From Promethearchaeota archaeon (GTDB taxonomy: Archaea; Asgardarchaeota; Lokiarchaeia; Sigyniarchaeales; SOKP01): 64,000 nt of DNA. How positions within the stretch are numbered: the first letter of the stretch is position 1; every line of letters starts with the position of its first letter. Made by a program: the position numbers and the translations under genes. Below the pieces are notes generated by a model. It had not been told where the DNA came from. It made no database searches and saw only the letters and a list, made by a program, of their open reading frames with translations. The stretch covers positions 46,428 to 110,427 of the forward strand of contig JBHLOC010000008.1 in assembly GCA_048940925.1 (NCBI GenBank), read 5' to 3'. This document shows positions 31,461-42,644 of this stretch, piece by piece.

Positions 31461-32543
31461 ATGGAAACAGTTCATAAGATATATTTTAAAAATTCATCTG
31501 ATATGAGTGAATTAGATTCCAATTCTATAGATTTGGTGATAACATCGCCCCCTTATCCCATGATTGAGATGTGGGATTTTCTATATTCTTCTTTAAATAA
31601 TGAGATAAAAAAAGCACTAGAAAAAGAAGATGGGAAAAGATCATTCAATTTGATGCATAAAGAATTAGATAAAGTATGGCAAGAAGTAATGCGAGTTGTA
31701 AAACCTGGTGGAATCGCTTGTATAAATATAGGCGATGCTACAAGAAAAATTGGTAAAAATTTTCAATTATATCCTAATCATGTGAAAATAACTAATTTTT
31801 TCTTAAACAAAGATTTTGTTGAATTACCTTGTATTTTATGGAGAAAACCGACGAATAGCCCTAATAAATTTTTGGGCTCTGGAATGTTACCCCCCAATGC
31901 GTACGTCACACTGGAACATGAATATATTTTAATTTTTAGGAAGGGAAATATCAAAAGGGAAATCCAACCTAAATCGAAAAATAGATATAATAGCGTGTTT
32001 TTTTGGGAAGAAAGAAATAAATGGTTTACAGATATTTGGGAAGATATAAGGGGTACCCCTCAGGATTTATATAGAAACTACAATAATCAAAAAAAATTAA
32101 GGGAACGTTCTGCAGCATTTCCTTTAGAAATACCTTATCGTTTGATTAATATGTTTTCATTATATGAAGATAGAATATTAGATCCATTCTGGGGAACAGG
32201 AACAACTACATTAGCAGCAATGATATCTGCGAGAAATTCAGTAGGATATGAAATTAACTCAGGGTTTTTAGAACTATTTAAAAAAAATATAAGAAATCTC
32301 AAAAAATTAAGCAATTATATTAATAAGAATAGAATAAATCGACATATTGAATTCATTAAAAAGTATATGAAAGAAGATAAAGATGTGAAATATTCTTCAG
32401 AACACTACAAATTTCCAATTATAACAAAACAGGAGATAGATCTTTTATTATACTCAGTAAAAAAATATAGTGAAAATAAGAATCAATTTTTGCTTAACTA
32501 TGATAAATATGAATTTGAAAATATAAAAAATTATGATTTATAA
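31461..32543 (+). CDS. DNA methyltransferase, beta class (N4-C/N6-A)
   Basis: TSPPY precedes DPFWGTGTT; no adjacent restriction enzyme seen. Confidence 0.9.
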   Translation: METVHKIYFKNSSDMSELDSNSIDLVITSPPYPMIEMWDFLYSSLNNEIKKALEKEDGKRSFNLMHKELDKVWQEVMRVVKPGGIACINIGDATRKIGKNFQLYPNHVKITNFFLNKDFVELPCILWRKPTNSPNKFLGSGMLPPNAYVTLEHEYILIFRKGNIKREIQPKSKNRYNSVFFWEERNKWFTDIWEDIRGTPQDLYRNYNNQKKLRERSAAFPLEIPYRLINMFSLYEDRILDPFWGTGTTTLAAMISARNSVGYEINSGFLELFKKNIRNLKKLSNYINKNRINRHIEFIKKYMKEDKDVKYSSEHYKFPIITKQEIDLLLYSVKKYSENKNQFLLNYDKYEFENIKNYDL

Positions 32544-32713
32544 ACTTGTATATATATCTTCTACAGAAGTTGAAATAACATTAAACATTATAATATATTT
32601 AAAATATTTACATATTCAAATTGACCTAAATTTATTTAGTAAAAAATGAAAAATTATAATATTTTAACCAATAATTAAGTAGATTTTTTTACATTTTCAT
32701 AAGGAGGGTCATT

Positions 32714-33499
32714 ATGCTTGATCATGATGGTGATGTTGAGTTGTTAAAAAGTCAGATAAACAAGCTAAATTTCGAAATAAATAAAAAAAATCAAGAAATA
32801 AATCTTTACCTTGATAAGCTCAATGATTATGAGGAAGAACTAATGAAACTTCATGAACTTATATCAAAAACACCACCGCACATAGATATTGAAAAAATTA
32901 TTGAAGCTAAATTTAATTTTGAATTAAAAGATAAAGAAAGAGAAATTAGAGATTTGAAAAATCGTATGGGATTTTTAAGGCAAGAAAAAATAAACTTTCA
33001 ACGAGAATTATCAGAATTTAAAAAAAAAAGTAAACCTTCTAAGGAATCTATAGAGGAAATAAGGGAAAAACAAAACCTTATTAATGCTTTGCTAAATCGT
33101 GAGTCTTTAACTAATGAATTAAGAAAAAAGCTATATACACAAGAAATTATAACAGGAAATTTAAGAAAAGAAATTGAAGGAAAAGATGATGAAATTGAAT
33201 ATTTGAAATTACTAATAAAAGAATTAAATGAAGAAATTAGAAATAAAAATTCAATAATAGAAGGTACAATAGATAAAAAAATAAAGAGCGAGTTAAAAAA
33301 TAAATGGCAAAACGAGCTTAAAAAAAGTAAAGAACTGATTGAAGATTTAACCCAAGAATTGAATAAATACAGAGTATTTCAAAAAGATAAAATATTGCAT
33401 GAGATTCAAATACGTGATCTTCAAAATAAAATTAATTTGTTTGAAAAAGAATTGGTAAAAAAAGATAAAATAATTAATGAATTGAAATTAGAAAAATAA
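32714..33499 (+). CDS. Coiled-coil protein
   Basis: K/E/L heptad-rich 261-aa ORF; AGGAGG SD. Confidence 0.75.
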   Translation: MLDHDGDVELLKSQINKLNFEINKKNQEINLYLDKLNDYEEELMKLHELISKTPPHIDIEKIIEAKFNFELKDKEREIRDLKNRMGFLRQEKINFQRELSEFKKKSKPSKESIEEIREKQNLINALLNRESLTNELRKKLYTQEIITGNLRKEIEGKDDEIEYLKLLIKELNEEIRNKNSIIEGTIDKKIKSELKNKWQNELKKSKELIEDLTQELNKYRVFQKDKILHEIQIRDLQNKINLFEKELVKKDKIINELKLEK

Positions 33500-33547
33500 G
33501 TTACAATACCAAAAACTATTCATTCCAAAACATTTGGATTTTAAATT

Positions 33548-35608
33548 TTAAACAGATTCTAAAAATTTATAGGCAACATATAAAAAAGCGTCATTCACAT
33601 TTTCACCAGATTTTGCAGATGTAAGTATATAATGAAAATCATGTTTATCAGCTACTCTTTTTATATCTGATTCACTAATTATAAACTGATCAGTTAGATC
33701 CGATTTATTTCCTATTAATATAATATCAATATCTGTTTTAACATAATTTTTAATTTCATCATACCATTTATCAACACTCTTTAAACTATCTAAACGCGTT
33801 CTGTCGATTACTATAAAAGCAAATTTTGCTCCTTCATAAAACTTTTTTCTATAAGGTGCCATCTTAGGTAATTGGCCACCAATATCCCATATTACGAATT
33901 TTATTTTTGTATTTTCACTTAATTCTATTTCCCTTTGCGAAATATCTACTCCCACTGTAGAATGATAATCTTCTTTGAAGAGATTTAGGACATATCTCTG
34001 AATTAATGATGTTTTACCTACTGCATAATCACCTGTTAAAATTAATTTAAAAGAAAACTGCCCCTCTGGAATTTTGCCTTCTTTGGTTTTAGATAAAATT
34101 CTTACAATCTCTGGGATCTCAAGAGATATATTTTCATTTCCTTCCAAAATTAGTTCGATTTTTGTAGCAACATGTTCAGAATAGACCCTTAATTCTGTAT
34201 CTGAAGGAGAAAGGTTAGAAATCGTCAATAAAATTGACTTTGAACCTTTTGAACAATAAGCAAATTTGTTATCTTGAATAGTTGTTACATTAAAAAAACT
34301 ACTTTCATCGCCAAATTCTCTTTTTATTCTCTCAATAAATGTATCAATTGTAACTGCTAATGCTCCTAATAAAGATTCATCTTCCGTTTGTTCACTGCTG
34401 ACTGAAGTAATGATGAAACCGTCTCGATCACTTACTATTACCGATATAATTCCCTCAGTATTTTTCATATAATTCTTTAATAATGTCGTTAAAAGTTTAT
34501 CTAACGAAGATATTCTTTTTGGGCTATATTGTTCTGCTATAGTCGAAGTTGTTGATATTACTAATTCTTGTTGAGATTCAGATCTTTTTAATCTATTTTG
34601 TATTTCTTGATATTTATTATAAAATTCTAATTCTTGAAGATTTTCTCCAAGTTCTATGCATATATTTACAATTTTTTCATAAATTGAATCTGCTTTCTCA
34701 AGATTAACCTCAATTAAGGCAATTTCAAATTCATTAATTAATATTTCTTTATCATACATTAATTTTAATATAGGTGCAATTTGTTCAAACATCTCTAAGG
34801 TTTTTAAAATAATTCTCAATAACGTATCTTGATATTCTGAATCCGTGGCAATTACAGGATATACTTTTAGGTTTAAGATCTCTTCTATTTGAGCTGGTTC
34901 TAATATATCTTTTAAATCCTGTTTATTGCCTAAACCACAAGTGTAAGCTAAAGGTGTTTCTTCTTTTGTTTTATTTAAGAAAAATTTACTTTTATTTATA
35001 TTTTCTAAGCTAGAATCAGTTATTATAATTACTGCATCACTTCCCTTGATGAAATTATTCCATAAAAAGCCAATTTCTTCTTGTTCAGTAAAATCTCTCA
35101 ATAGAAAGTGTATTTTTCCAATCTTTAATAGTGCAATATCTCCTCCGATTTGAGAGTCATGTTTTAGTGGAATTTCTTTTGTCCTTATTAAATTGAAAAT
35201 TGTAGTTTTTCCAACTTCTTTATACCCTACTAACGAAATTTTGGGCGGAAATTTATTTTGGAATGAATAGATTACGGGATCAAAACTCTTTAAACTATTT
35301 GCATCAAATTTCTGGAGTAGATTATCTTTAAATAAATTTACAAAATTTTCTTTACACTTTACTAATTCTCTTTCAATAATTACAGGATCATCAACTATAG
35401 TATTAATAAATAAAAATAATAAATTGAATTCTTCATCTCCTAAATATGATATACGGTCTCTTTTATGATCCCAATATTGAAATGTATTAATAATGCCTGA
35501 AAATATCTCTTTTTTTAAGAATTCAAAATTTTCTTTCTCAAGAGCTTTTCCGAAAAGTTTTTTATATATGAGGATCTTATTTTTAAAAATATAAACTTGC
35601 CTTAAAAT
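33548..35608 (-). CDS. Multidomain longin / degenerate GTPase / roadblock / Rab-like GTPase protein, ATT start (686 aa)
   Basis: The frame extends 169 codons upstream (ILRQVYIF... and KISLVGYKEVGKTT); roadblock SDRDGFII; C-terminal GDYAVGKT, WDIGGQ, GNKSD and TSAK. AAGGTGA SD precedes ATT at 35608. Confidence 0.85.
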   Translation of the reverse strand: MLRQVYIFKNKILIYKKLFGKALEKENFEFLKKEIFSGIINTFQYWDHKRDRISYLGDEEFNLLFLFINTIVDDPVIIERELVKCKENFVNLFKDNLLQKFDANSLKSFDPVIYSFQNKFPPKISLVGYKEVGKTTIFNLIRTKEIPLKHDSQIGGDIALLKIGKIHFLLRDFTEQEEIGFLWNNFIKGSDAVIIITDSSLENINKSKFFLNKTKEETPLAYTCGLGNKQDLKDILEPAQIEEILNLKVYPVIATDSEYQDTLLRIILKTLEMFEQIAPILKLMYDKEILINEFEIALIEVNLEKADSIYEKIVNICIELGENLQELEFYNKYQEIQNRLKRSESQQELVISTTSTIAEQYSPKRISSLDKLLTTLLKNYMKNTEGIISVIVSDRDGFIITSVSSEQTEDESLLGALAVTIDTFIERIKREFGDESSFFNVTTIQDNKFAYCSKGSKSILLTISNLSPSDTELRVYSEHVATKIELILEGNENISLEIPEIVRILSKTKEGKIPEGQFSFKLILTGDYAVGKTSLIQRYVLNLFKEDYHSTVGVDISQREIELSENTKIKFVIWDIGGQLPKMAPYRKKFYEGAKFAFIVIDRTRLDSLKSVDKWYDEIKNYVKTDIDIILIGNKSDLTDQFIISESDIKRVADKHDFHYILTSAKSGENVNDAFLYVAYKFLESV

Positions 35609-35894
35609 AGAATTTTCACCTTAATATTGATATTTTCGATTTCACATGTTTAATTGAATTATTAATTATTATTAATTTAATAATGGTTAAAACGAAATAA
35701 TATATTTTTCTACATTTATTTTTACTCATTTAATATTATCCAAAAACTATAGATATAAAAATCTGTATTAGTATAATATTTTACAAATAAGTTAGGGTAT
35801 ATAATTGAACTAGCTTATCACTTATTTAATATAAAACAGAGTTAAGAAAATTTATTTTATAAGATATAAATAAACAACGGTAAAACTTTTTAAA

Positions 35895-38800
35895 ATGACA
35901 GTTAGAAAAAATAAATCAAAAAAAAGAATAAAATCTCTTGGAATTCTTTTTCTTACAATAATTTTACCAGCCATTATTAGCACACCACTATTTTCAATTT
36001 TTAATGAACCAAACCAAACTATTGAACAAGACAATACTGAAAAGGATGAAAGTAGGGAACCACAATTCCCAACCCCCTCAAGTAATCTTCCTAATGCCCA
36101 TTATTTTAGTTATTATAAAACTATTACAATTGATCACACAAAAGTCAATGGTGATCATTCTAATTTTCCTGTGTTAATTTCTATAATCGACTCAGACTTG
36201 GACGATAAGGCTCAGTTTGATGGGGATGATATTGCTTTTGCAAATAGTACTGCATGGCTAGATCACGAAATAGAGCTATATGACCCAAGTTATAGTTTCG
36301 ATGAAGCCCAACTTATTGCATGGGTCCAGATACCTTTTTTATATAATTCAACTGATACATTTATATTCATGTTTTATGGTAATTCCACTATAGGGCCCCA
36401 AGAACATGCAACAGGAGTTTGGGATTCCTATTATAAGGGTGTATGGCATTTAAAAGAAGATCCTGGAGGTCCAAATGATATTAAAGATTCAACTTCGAAT
36501 GATAAACATGGAACTTCAAACTCAATGTGGATGTCTAATCAGGTGTCAGGAAAGATTGATGGTAGTTTAAATTTTGATGGAAACTATGATTATATAAGTG
36601 TGGGTGATGTTGGACCAGAAATAAAAACTATTGAATTTTGGATGAACCCCGATTCTCTCGCAAGTTATGGTGATGTGGATAACTCAGGTCCTCACAGCCC
36701 AACTGCAACTGGAGAAACATATGATCAGTGGAACGCCCCAACTAATGCTTATGCTAGTGATGATTTATTTGCAAATGCATCAGGATATTATCCAGATCAA
36801 GATTATTACAACTTTTCTTTTAATATACCTGCTGATGCTCTTATTCAAGGTATTGAGGTATCTATTGAGGGAATGTCTGGAACACAATATCAGACAGCTA
36901 GATGTAGAATAAGGCTTTCCGGAAATGGCGGGAGTACTTATACCGATTATTATGAGTTAAGTTGGTGGAGTAGTTATTATGACGATTATGATACAGCTGG
37001 AGGTTCCACAAATACATGGGGCAAACTTGGAGGATGGTCGCCATCTGAGTTTAATAATGCTAACTTCAGAGTTCGGCTTGAAGAATCAGGTCAGGCTATT
37101 TTACTTGTTGATCATCTCATTGTTACAGTATATTATAGGATACCTGGTGATATAGCAGTGATTGACCTAAATGGAAATGCTCAAATTTCAATTGATAAGG
37201 ATGGTGGTGAAATAAAAGCTTTTGGTTTTCCGGGTACAACCAATATTTATATTAATGGAACAATGGAGACTAAAGTAGGTATAGGAACATGGTATCATGT
37301 AGTAATTATTAATACAATTGGAGTCCTTGGTTCGGATTTTGTTATTGCGGGAAATATTTCAGTGAACTTTGATGGTCTTTTCGACGAGGTTCGTCTCTCC
37401 AATATAACTCGCTCACCAGAGTGGATTGCCACTGAATATAATAATCAGTACGATCCAGATAACTTTTACTTTATTAGTGAAGAAAGAACTTCGGTGACTG
37501 ATGTTCGAGTTAATGCTTTTGATCTATATGGTCATATCATTCCAAATGTAAATATTTCCCTAATTCAAAATAATATAATAATTAGGAGTGCTATAGCAAA
37601 TGCTAGTGGGGCTGTTATGTTTGAAGGTGTACTTTCAATAGATTATAAATATAATTTTAGCGTATCCATGACATCAAATATCGCACCTTATCACACAATT
37701 ATCATTAATAGAACATCTGAAGCAATCCTAATAGAAGGAGAATCTCAAACTATTAATTTAATATGCAATATATCCAGAAATATCTTTAATGTGGTAGATA
37801 CTGATGGAATTCCACTTGATTCTGGATGGATTATAGTTGGTAATTATTCAGATCCAATTCAGAATTGTACTATTGACCAAAATGGACAAGCTACATTTAG
37901 GTGGTTAAATAATAGCGCTTATAATTATACAGTATGGTATCGTGATGTTGATTATAATCATGAAAATCAGCATAAAATTGAAGTAGCAACAGGAGACATA
38001 TTCAAAAGTCAATATGATTCAGAGATCAATATAACTACAATCTTAACAACAGTCAATTTTACACTTTTTACTAAGAATAATCCTCAACCCGTTGATGGCG
38101 CCAAATTAATATTGGGCAATGCTAACTTAGACAGAAGTATTGTAAATTTAACCACAGACATAGATGGAAAAGCAACGCTTAGGTGGGTAAATTCTTCTGG
38201 TATTAATTCAGATTATTCATTGCAAGTTAGTTTCTATGGAAAGCTATGGGACATTGAAATAGAAGATCTTATGACAGGTGTGAAAAAACAAATCAATTTT
38301 ACAGTGAAAGCTAAAGCAGCTTATAATGTGAGCATTATTCTTGAACCAACTGAGCTAGAAAAATTTGAAACAGACCTAATATCATTAAATCCAATAAGCA
38401 ATATTCAAGTAGAATGGGGTTCGAATGTAACATTCAGAGCATTATTCAATGTAACTAAAGTACCTTCAGGATATGAAAATTTAACTGGACCAACCTATGC
38501 AGAACCGATGTCATATAAAATATTTGAAGATTCAACCCTCATTCTTTCTGGAATAATACCCACAGAAGATGATTATATTGGGAGACATAAGAAAGAAATT
38601 AGAACAGATGAGTTAGAAACTGGGATAGTTTATATAATTATAATAACAGCTCAAAAACCTGGATATGTTTTGCCTTCAGAGGACATTATAATGTCATTGT
38701 ACCTTTTAGAAAATGAACTAATATTAAACCAATCCGAAAATGATGATTCACCTCAATCAATACCTTGGCAGGAGTTTACCAACATGTCAGTAAAACCATA

Positions 38801-41800
38801 TGGTATAATCTCTGAAGATTTCAGTATAGACTATAATATGTATAATTGTAATAATGGTACATTTCAATTTTCAATCCCAAGTATCTCAAACGAGTGGGTT
38901 TTATCTCGGATTGTATTTAATGTTTATGATGTGACTTTTGGAGTGGGCCCTGGAGAAATAAATTTAAACATTACTGATGATTTTGGTGTAAGACATGATT
39001 TTGATTCAAATTGGGATCATTATTATTATGACCCATTGGCTACTAATGGGAGTTGGAGCAATTTAGAAGTTATTTTAAATAAAGGGGAAGTAACTGGCGG
39101 TGATACTTTTAATTTTACATTTGATGGAACTTTTGTAGGAGATATAGATATCATTGCTACATCTTATTTTATTCGGGATAAAATTAATGTTCAATATTCA
39201 AAATTCAATGTTACAGATTCCATACCTATTTTAACTGACCTTGAAGGATGGGCAATTCAAAACATAACATTTCTAATTTATGACTGCTATAATTTTTCTG
39301 CAGGAAGTAAAGCAAATTTAGCATCTCTGTCAAATCTCAATATAACTACCAATGAAGGTTATACGTATTCACTAGACTCTGGCGATATTTTTGGAAATGG
39401 AAACCTCACTATAGATGATAGAATAATCTATCCTTTAGATAATCAATTCTTATTTACAATAGAAGCTAATGGAAATCTAACATTTCATGTAATAATTAAA
39501 GTTGAATATATCCAAGAATTTTTACAAAATCAATATATTGAGAAAATTAATATATCAAAAACAGAACACGATTTTGGTAAAACAGATACTTTTCAAGTCA
39601 AGTTTATCGAGAAAAAATGGACTGAGGATTATGCAACCTTAGTATTTAGTGGGATATCCCCATTAGGTGGGCTCAGTTTACTTCCATCAGAAATAAATAT
39701 GACTATTACAATAGAAGGTGAAACATATAATATTGAGGACTTAATGGTTGGACAAGGAATCTTTTCTTTGGAAGGGCTTGAAAAGGATAAAATATTAACA
39801 GCCATCATAGACACAAATTTAACGTCTTCTATTATTTTCAATTTGTCTTTCATGATTAAATATTCCAGAATTGTGACTTATGAAACTAAAGGACAAGTTA
39901 ATTTTTCTATTATAGAGAAACCTGAAATATTTGGCGGAGTTCAATATAATGAGGATTTGGGATATTATTTACTGTTTATAAACACATCCTTACTAGATGC
40001 TAATGATTATACTATAAGGTTTACTATCACTAAAGAGAATTATAAATTATCAACAAAGGATCTGGAATTATTTGTATTAGAAAGATTTACTTTACTTAAT
40101 GGCTCTGCTGACTTCTTTAGAACTTTTGAGCAAATGTATGTTATGGAACCAGTAAACTTCACATTCTACTATATAGATGCTTTAACATATCAACCAATTA
40201 CAGATTTAGACCAAAAAACTTATGTTTGGGAGTATTATGATGATGAGGGGAATGTGATAAAAACAGGACAAGGTACTCTTTTTACTCAAGGATATTACCA
40301 TATACTAGACATAGATACGGAAAAATTCAAACTAGGTGAATATTTAATAGTTATTACTTTAAGTAAAGATAACTACGAATACAAAACAGGAATAATTACA
40401 TTAACCGTTTTAGAACGCCCAACCTTGATTAATGGTGAGTCTGTATTATCAGTTATTCAAGAGAATATTTATATAGGTGATGCAATCAATTTTACATTTA
40501 CTTACATAGATGAAATAACAAATATGAATATAAAAAATCTTGCTGTACAATCCTTTATATGGGAAGAATTTAATGCCACAGGTGCTTTAATAAACAATGG
40601 TACAGGATCGTTGGTATCAAGCCTAAATGATCTATATGTTTTAGATTTTGATACCAAGACAAGAGATCCTAACACTTTCAAATTAGTTATCACATTAGAT
40701 AAAGAAAATTATACTTTTCAATCAGCTACAATTTTATTAAATATCAACTTGAGAGAATTCAGTTATACTTTGGGTGATAATTTCAGGAATAACAAAATTA
40801 ACATTGGTAAAGGAAAAAATGTTGTTATTGAAATTCATCTCATTGATTTAACTCGAAATAATTTTGATTTATTAGATGCCATAGTCCAGATATCAATTAA
40901 AGGCCATGTGTATACATTTCAACAAGTAGAAAATGGGATATATCGTTATGAATTAAGTACAAATAATATCGATACCTTCTTTGCTTCAAAGATACTTACT
41001 GGTGTTATAATGATCTCTAAAGAAAATTATGTATCAGAAGAATTTAGCATTACGATTGTTGTTGAAATGGAAGAGATCTTCTCAGGTATACCTATATTTT
41101 ACTTTCTATTAGGATTAATTACTAGTATTAGTCTAGCTGGTAGTATTGTTGGATATAGAGTGTATAAAAATGTTACAACCCCTACATTTGTGAAAAGAGT
41201 ACGAGCGATGAAAAAGGCAATTGAAGGAGAAAAAGAAATCTCTGAATCTCTATTATATCCCAGTAAGATTGAATTTATTGGTCGACGAGTAAAAAGTAAA
41301 TGGGATAAGCTTGGATTATCTTTAGCTGATATTCTTAGAATTAAAATTGAAAAAGAAACACTAAAAAGAAAAATTAGTGAAGATGTTACACGACGTGAGT
41401 TTACGCCACTTGGATTATTATTAATGCAATGGGATGAAAAAATGGGTACTAAAGTTTTAGCTAAATACCCCGAAAATCTTGATGCATCTGAAAAAACCTT
41501 AATGCAAATATACGGTACACATGAATACAGTGGAGAAAAAGGAATAATAACTCTAACAGTAGGGATGACAAATATTATTTCATATTATACAGGACCTGAA
41601 CAAGCATTTTATTTACTGTTATTCCTGAACTTGGATGATGACCCTGATGTTTATGAGGGCGGTATGGCAAATATTATTTCAATAATCTTAGAAAATCTTA
41701 AAGATGATTCTTATTTACAAATGATCCCTTATCTCTTCCAACGCTTATCTATATATCCATCGCTTAGTGATGAAGAAATTCTAGCATTGAATTATCAAGA

Positions 41801-42497
41801 TGAAATCAAACGATTGATTATAAACATGTTAAGAGATGATGGAGCAATCATCAAATCAGAATTATCTATATGGCTCAGAGAAAAAGCTTTAGAGGGATTT
41901 ATTGATTTAGATGCTATTCTTCTAGAACTAGCTAAAAAAGATATTATAAAGCAAATTGCTATCAAGGGTATACCTTCAGCATTAATTGTTCTTACTACTG
42001 ATATTTTTATGCTGCGAGTTCCTCCTGTAAAATTATTAGAAGATCCAGTAAACCGTGGTTTACCATCACAATTTGCCAAAACATATCCTTCAGAAGTTAA
42101 GAAATTTTTCCAAGAATATCATCCTACTGAAGAAGATAACCTTAAAATCATAGAACTCTTCATTAATCCCCAAGTTTATGAAACACTACGTTTACTCAGA
42201 ACCGCTATTGTTACAAGACAAGACCTCGAAAAGTTAAGTAAAAAAGGGGTGGAAGATATCTACGGTGTTTTAAAAATACTCTGGGATAATCACATGATTA
42301 AAGTATATCAAGATGAAAATGATATAGAATATTACGCGCTCCTTTCCGATTTCTATATGGATCTTTTATTCCCTAAATATATGTTGGAAACTATTAAAAC
42401 ATCTTATGAGCAAAAATCTAAAACTAATAAAGTACTTATTGAATACCTAAAGGCACTTGAGGATACATATTTTGAATTAAAGAAACAAGAAAAATAA
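35895..42497 (+). CDS. Giant single-pass surface protein: DUF2341/LamG-like and Ig-like ectodomain, TM helix, cytoplasmic longin/uDENN-like domain
   Basis: Signal/TM N-terminus; NFPVLI..DGDDIAF..WVQIP (DUF2341); FDGLFDEVRLS (LamG); TM near 41090-41160; cytoplasmic GLLLMQWDEKMGTKVLAKYP. Confidence 0.8.
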   Translation: MTVRKNKSKKRIKSLGILFLTIILPAIISTPLFSIFNEPNQTIEQDNTEKDESREPQFPTPSSNLPNAHYFSYYKTITIDHTKVNGDHSNFPVLISIIDSDLDDKAQFDGDDIAFANSTAWLDHEIELYDPSYSFDEAQLIAWVQIPFLYNSTDTFIFMFYGNSTIGPQEHATGVWDSYYKGVWHLKEDPGGPNDIKDSTSNDKHGTSNSMWMSNQVSGKIDGSLNFDGNYDYISVGDVGPEIKTIEFWMNPDSLASYGDVDNSGPHSPTATGETYDQWNAPTNAYASDDLFANASGYYPDQDYYNFSFNIPADALIQGIEVSIEGMSGTQYQTARCRIRLSGNGGSTYTDYYELSWWSSYYDDYDTAGGSTNTWGKLGGWSPSEFNNANFRVRLEESGQAILLVDHLIVTVYYRIPGDIAVIDLNGNAQISIDKDGGEIKAFGFPGTTNIYINGTMETKVGIGTWYHVVIINTIGVLGSDFVIAGNISVNFDGLFDEVRLSNITRSPEWIATEYNNQYDPDNFYFISEERTSVTDVRVNAFDLYGHIIPNVNISLIQNNIIIRSAIANASGAVMFEGVLSIDYKYNFSVSMTSNIAPYHTIIINRTSEAILIEGESQTINLICNISRNIFNVVDTDGIPLDSGWIIVGNYSDPIQNCTIDQNGQATFRWLNNSAYNYTVWYRDVDYNHENQHKIEVATGDIFKSQYDSEINITTILTTVNFTLFTKNNPQPVDGAKLILGNANLDRSIVNLTTDIDGKATLRWVNSSGINSDYSLQVSFYGKLWDIEIEDLMTGVKKQINFTVKAKAAYNVSIILEPTELEKFETDLISLNPISNIQVEWGSNVTFRALFNVTKVPSGYENLTGPTYAEPMSYKIFEDSTLILSGIIPTEDDYIGRHKKEIRTDELETGIVYIIIITAQKPGYVLPSEDIIMSLYLLENELILNQSENDDSPQSIPWQEFTNMSVKPYGIISEDFSIDYNMYNCNNGTFQFSIPSISNEWVLSRIVFNVYDVTFGVGPGEINLNITDDFGVRHDFDSNWDHYYYDPLATNGSWSNLEVILNKGEVTGGDTFNFTFDGTFVGDIDIIATSYFIRDKINVQYSKFNVTDSIPILTDLEGWAIQNITFLIYDCYNFSAGSKANLASLSNLNITTNEGYTYSLDSGDIFGNGNLTIDDRIIYPLDNQFLFTIEANGNLTFHVIIKVEYIQEFLQNQYIEKINISKTEHDFGKTDTFQVKFIEKKWTEDYATLVFSGISPLGGLSLLPSEINMTITIEGETYNIEDLMVGQGIFSLEGLEKDKILTAIIDTNLTSSIIFNLSFMIKYSRIVTYETKGQVNFSIIEKPEIFGGVQYNEDLGYYLLFINTSLLDANDYTIRFTITKENYKLSTKDLELFVLERFTLLNGSADFFRTFEQMYVMEPVNFTFYYIDALTYQPITDLDQKTYVWEYYDDEGNVIKTGQGTLFTQGYYHILDIDTEKFKLGEYLIVITLSKDNYEYKTGIITLTVLERPTLINGESVLSVIQENIYIGDAINFTFTYIDEITNMNIKNLAVQSFIWEEFNATGALINNGTGSLVSSLNDLYVLDFDTKTRDPNTFKLVITLDKENYTFQSATILLNINLREFSYTLGDNFRNNKINIGKGKNVVIEIHLIDLTRNNFDLLDAIVQISIKGHVYTFQQVENGIYRYELSTNNIDTFFASKILTGVIMISKENYVSEEFSITIVVEMEEIFSGIPIFYFLLGLITSISLAGSIVGYRVYKNVTTPTFVKRVRAMKKAIEGEKEISESLLYPSKIEFIGRRVKSKWDKLGLSLADILRIKIEKETLKRKISEDVTRREFTPLGLLLMQWDEKMGTKVLAKYPENLDASEKTLMQIYGTHEYSGEKGIITLTVGMTNIISYYTGPEQAFYLLLFLNLDDDPDVYEGGMANIISIILENLKDDSYLQMIPYLFQRLSIYPSLSDEEILALNYQDEIKRLIINMLRDDGAIIKSELSIWLREKALEGFIDLDAILLELAKKDIIKQIAIKGIPSALIVLTTDIFMLRVPPVKLLEDPVNRGLPSQFAKTYPSEVKKFFQEYHPTEEDNLKIIELFINPQVYETLRLLRTAIVTRQDLEKLSKKGVEDIYGVLKILWDNHMIKVYQDENDIEYYALLSDFYMDLLFPKYMLETIKTSYEQKSKTNKVLIEYLKALEDTYFELKKQEK

Positions 42498-42559
42498 CAA
42501 AAATCTTCTATTCTTTTTATTTTTTTTAAACTTCTTATTTTTTTATTATTGTTTGTTGA

Positions 42560-42639
42560 TAAATCCACACCCGAGCAGAGTTTTCATCAAATAACTTTCC
42601 ATAAGAGGTTTTTTTATTTGATTCATTATGATGGATTTA
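42560..42639 (-). promoter_or_regulatory. Putative eukaryote/Loki-type SECIS element
   Basis: Just 3' of the TAG: outer helix TAAATCCA/TGGATTTA, core ATGA...GA flanking a perfect 9-bp ATCAAATAA/TTATTTGAT, apical AAAAA and a CC/GG mini-stem. Confidence 0.75.
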
Positions 42640-42644
42640 CTTTA

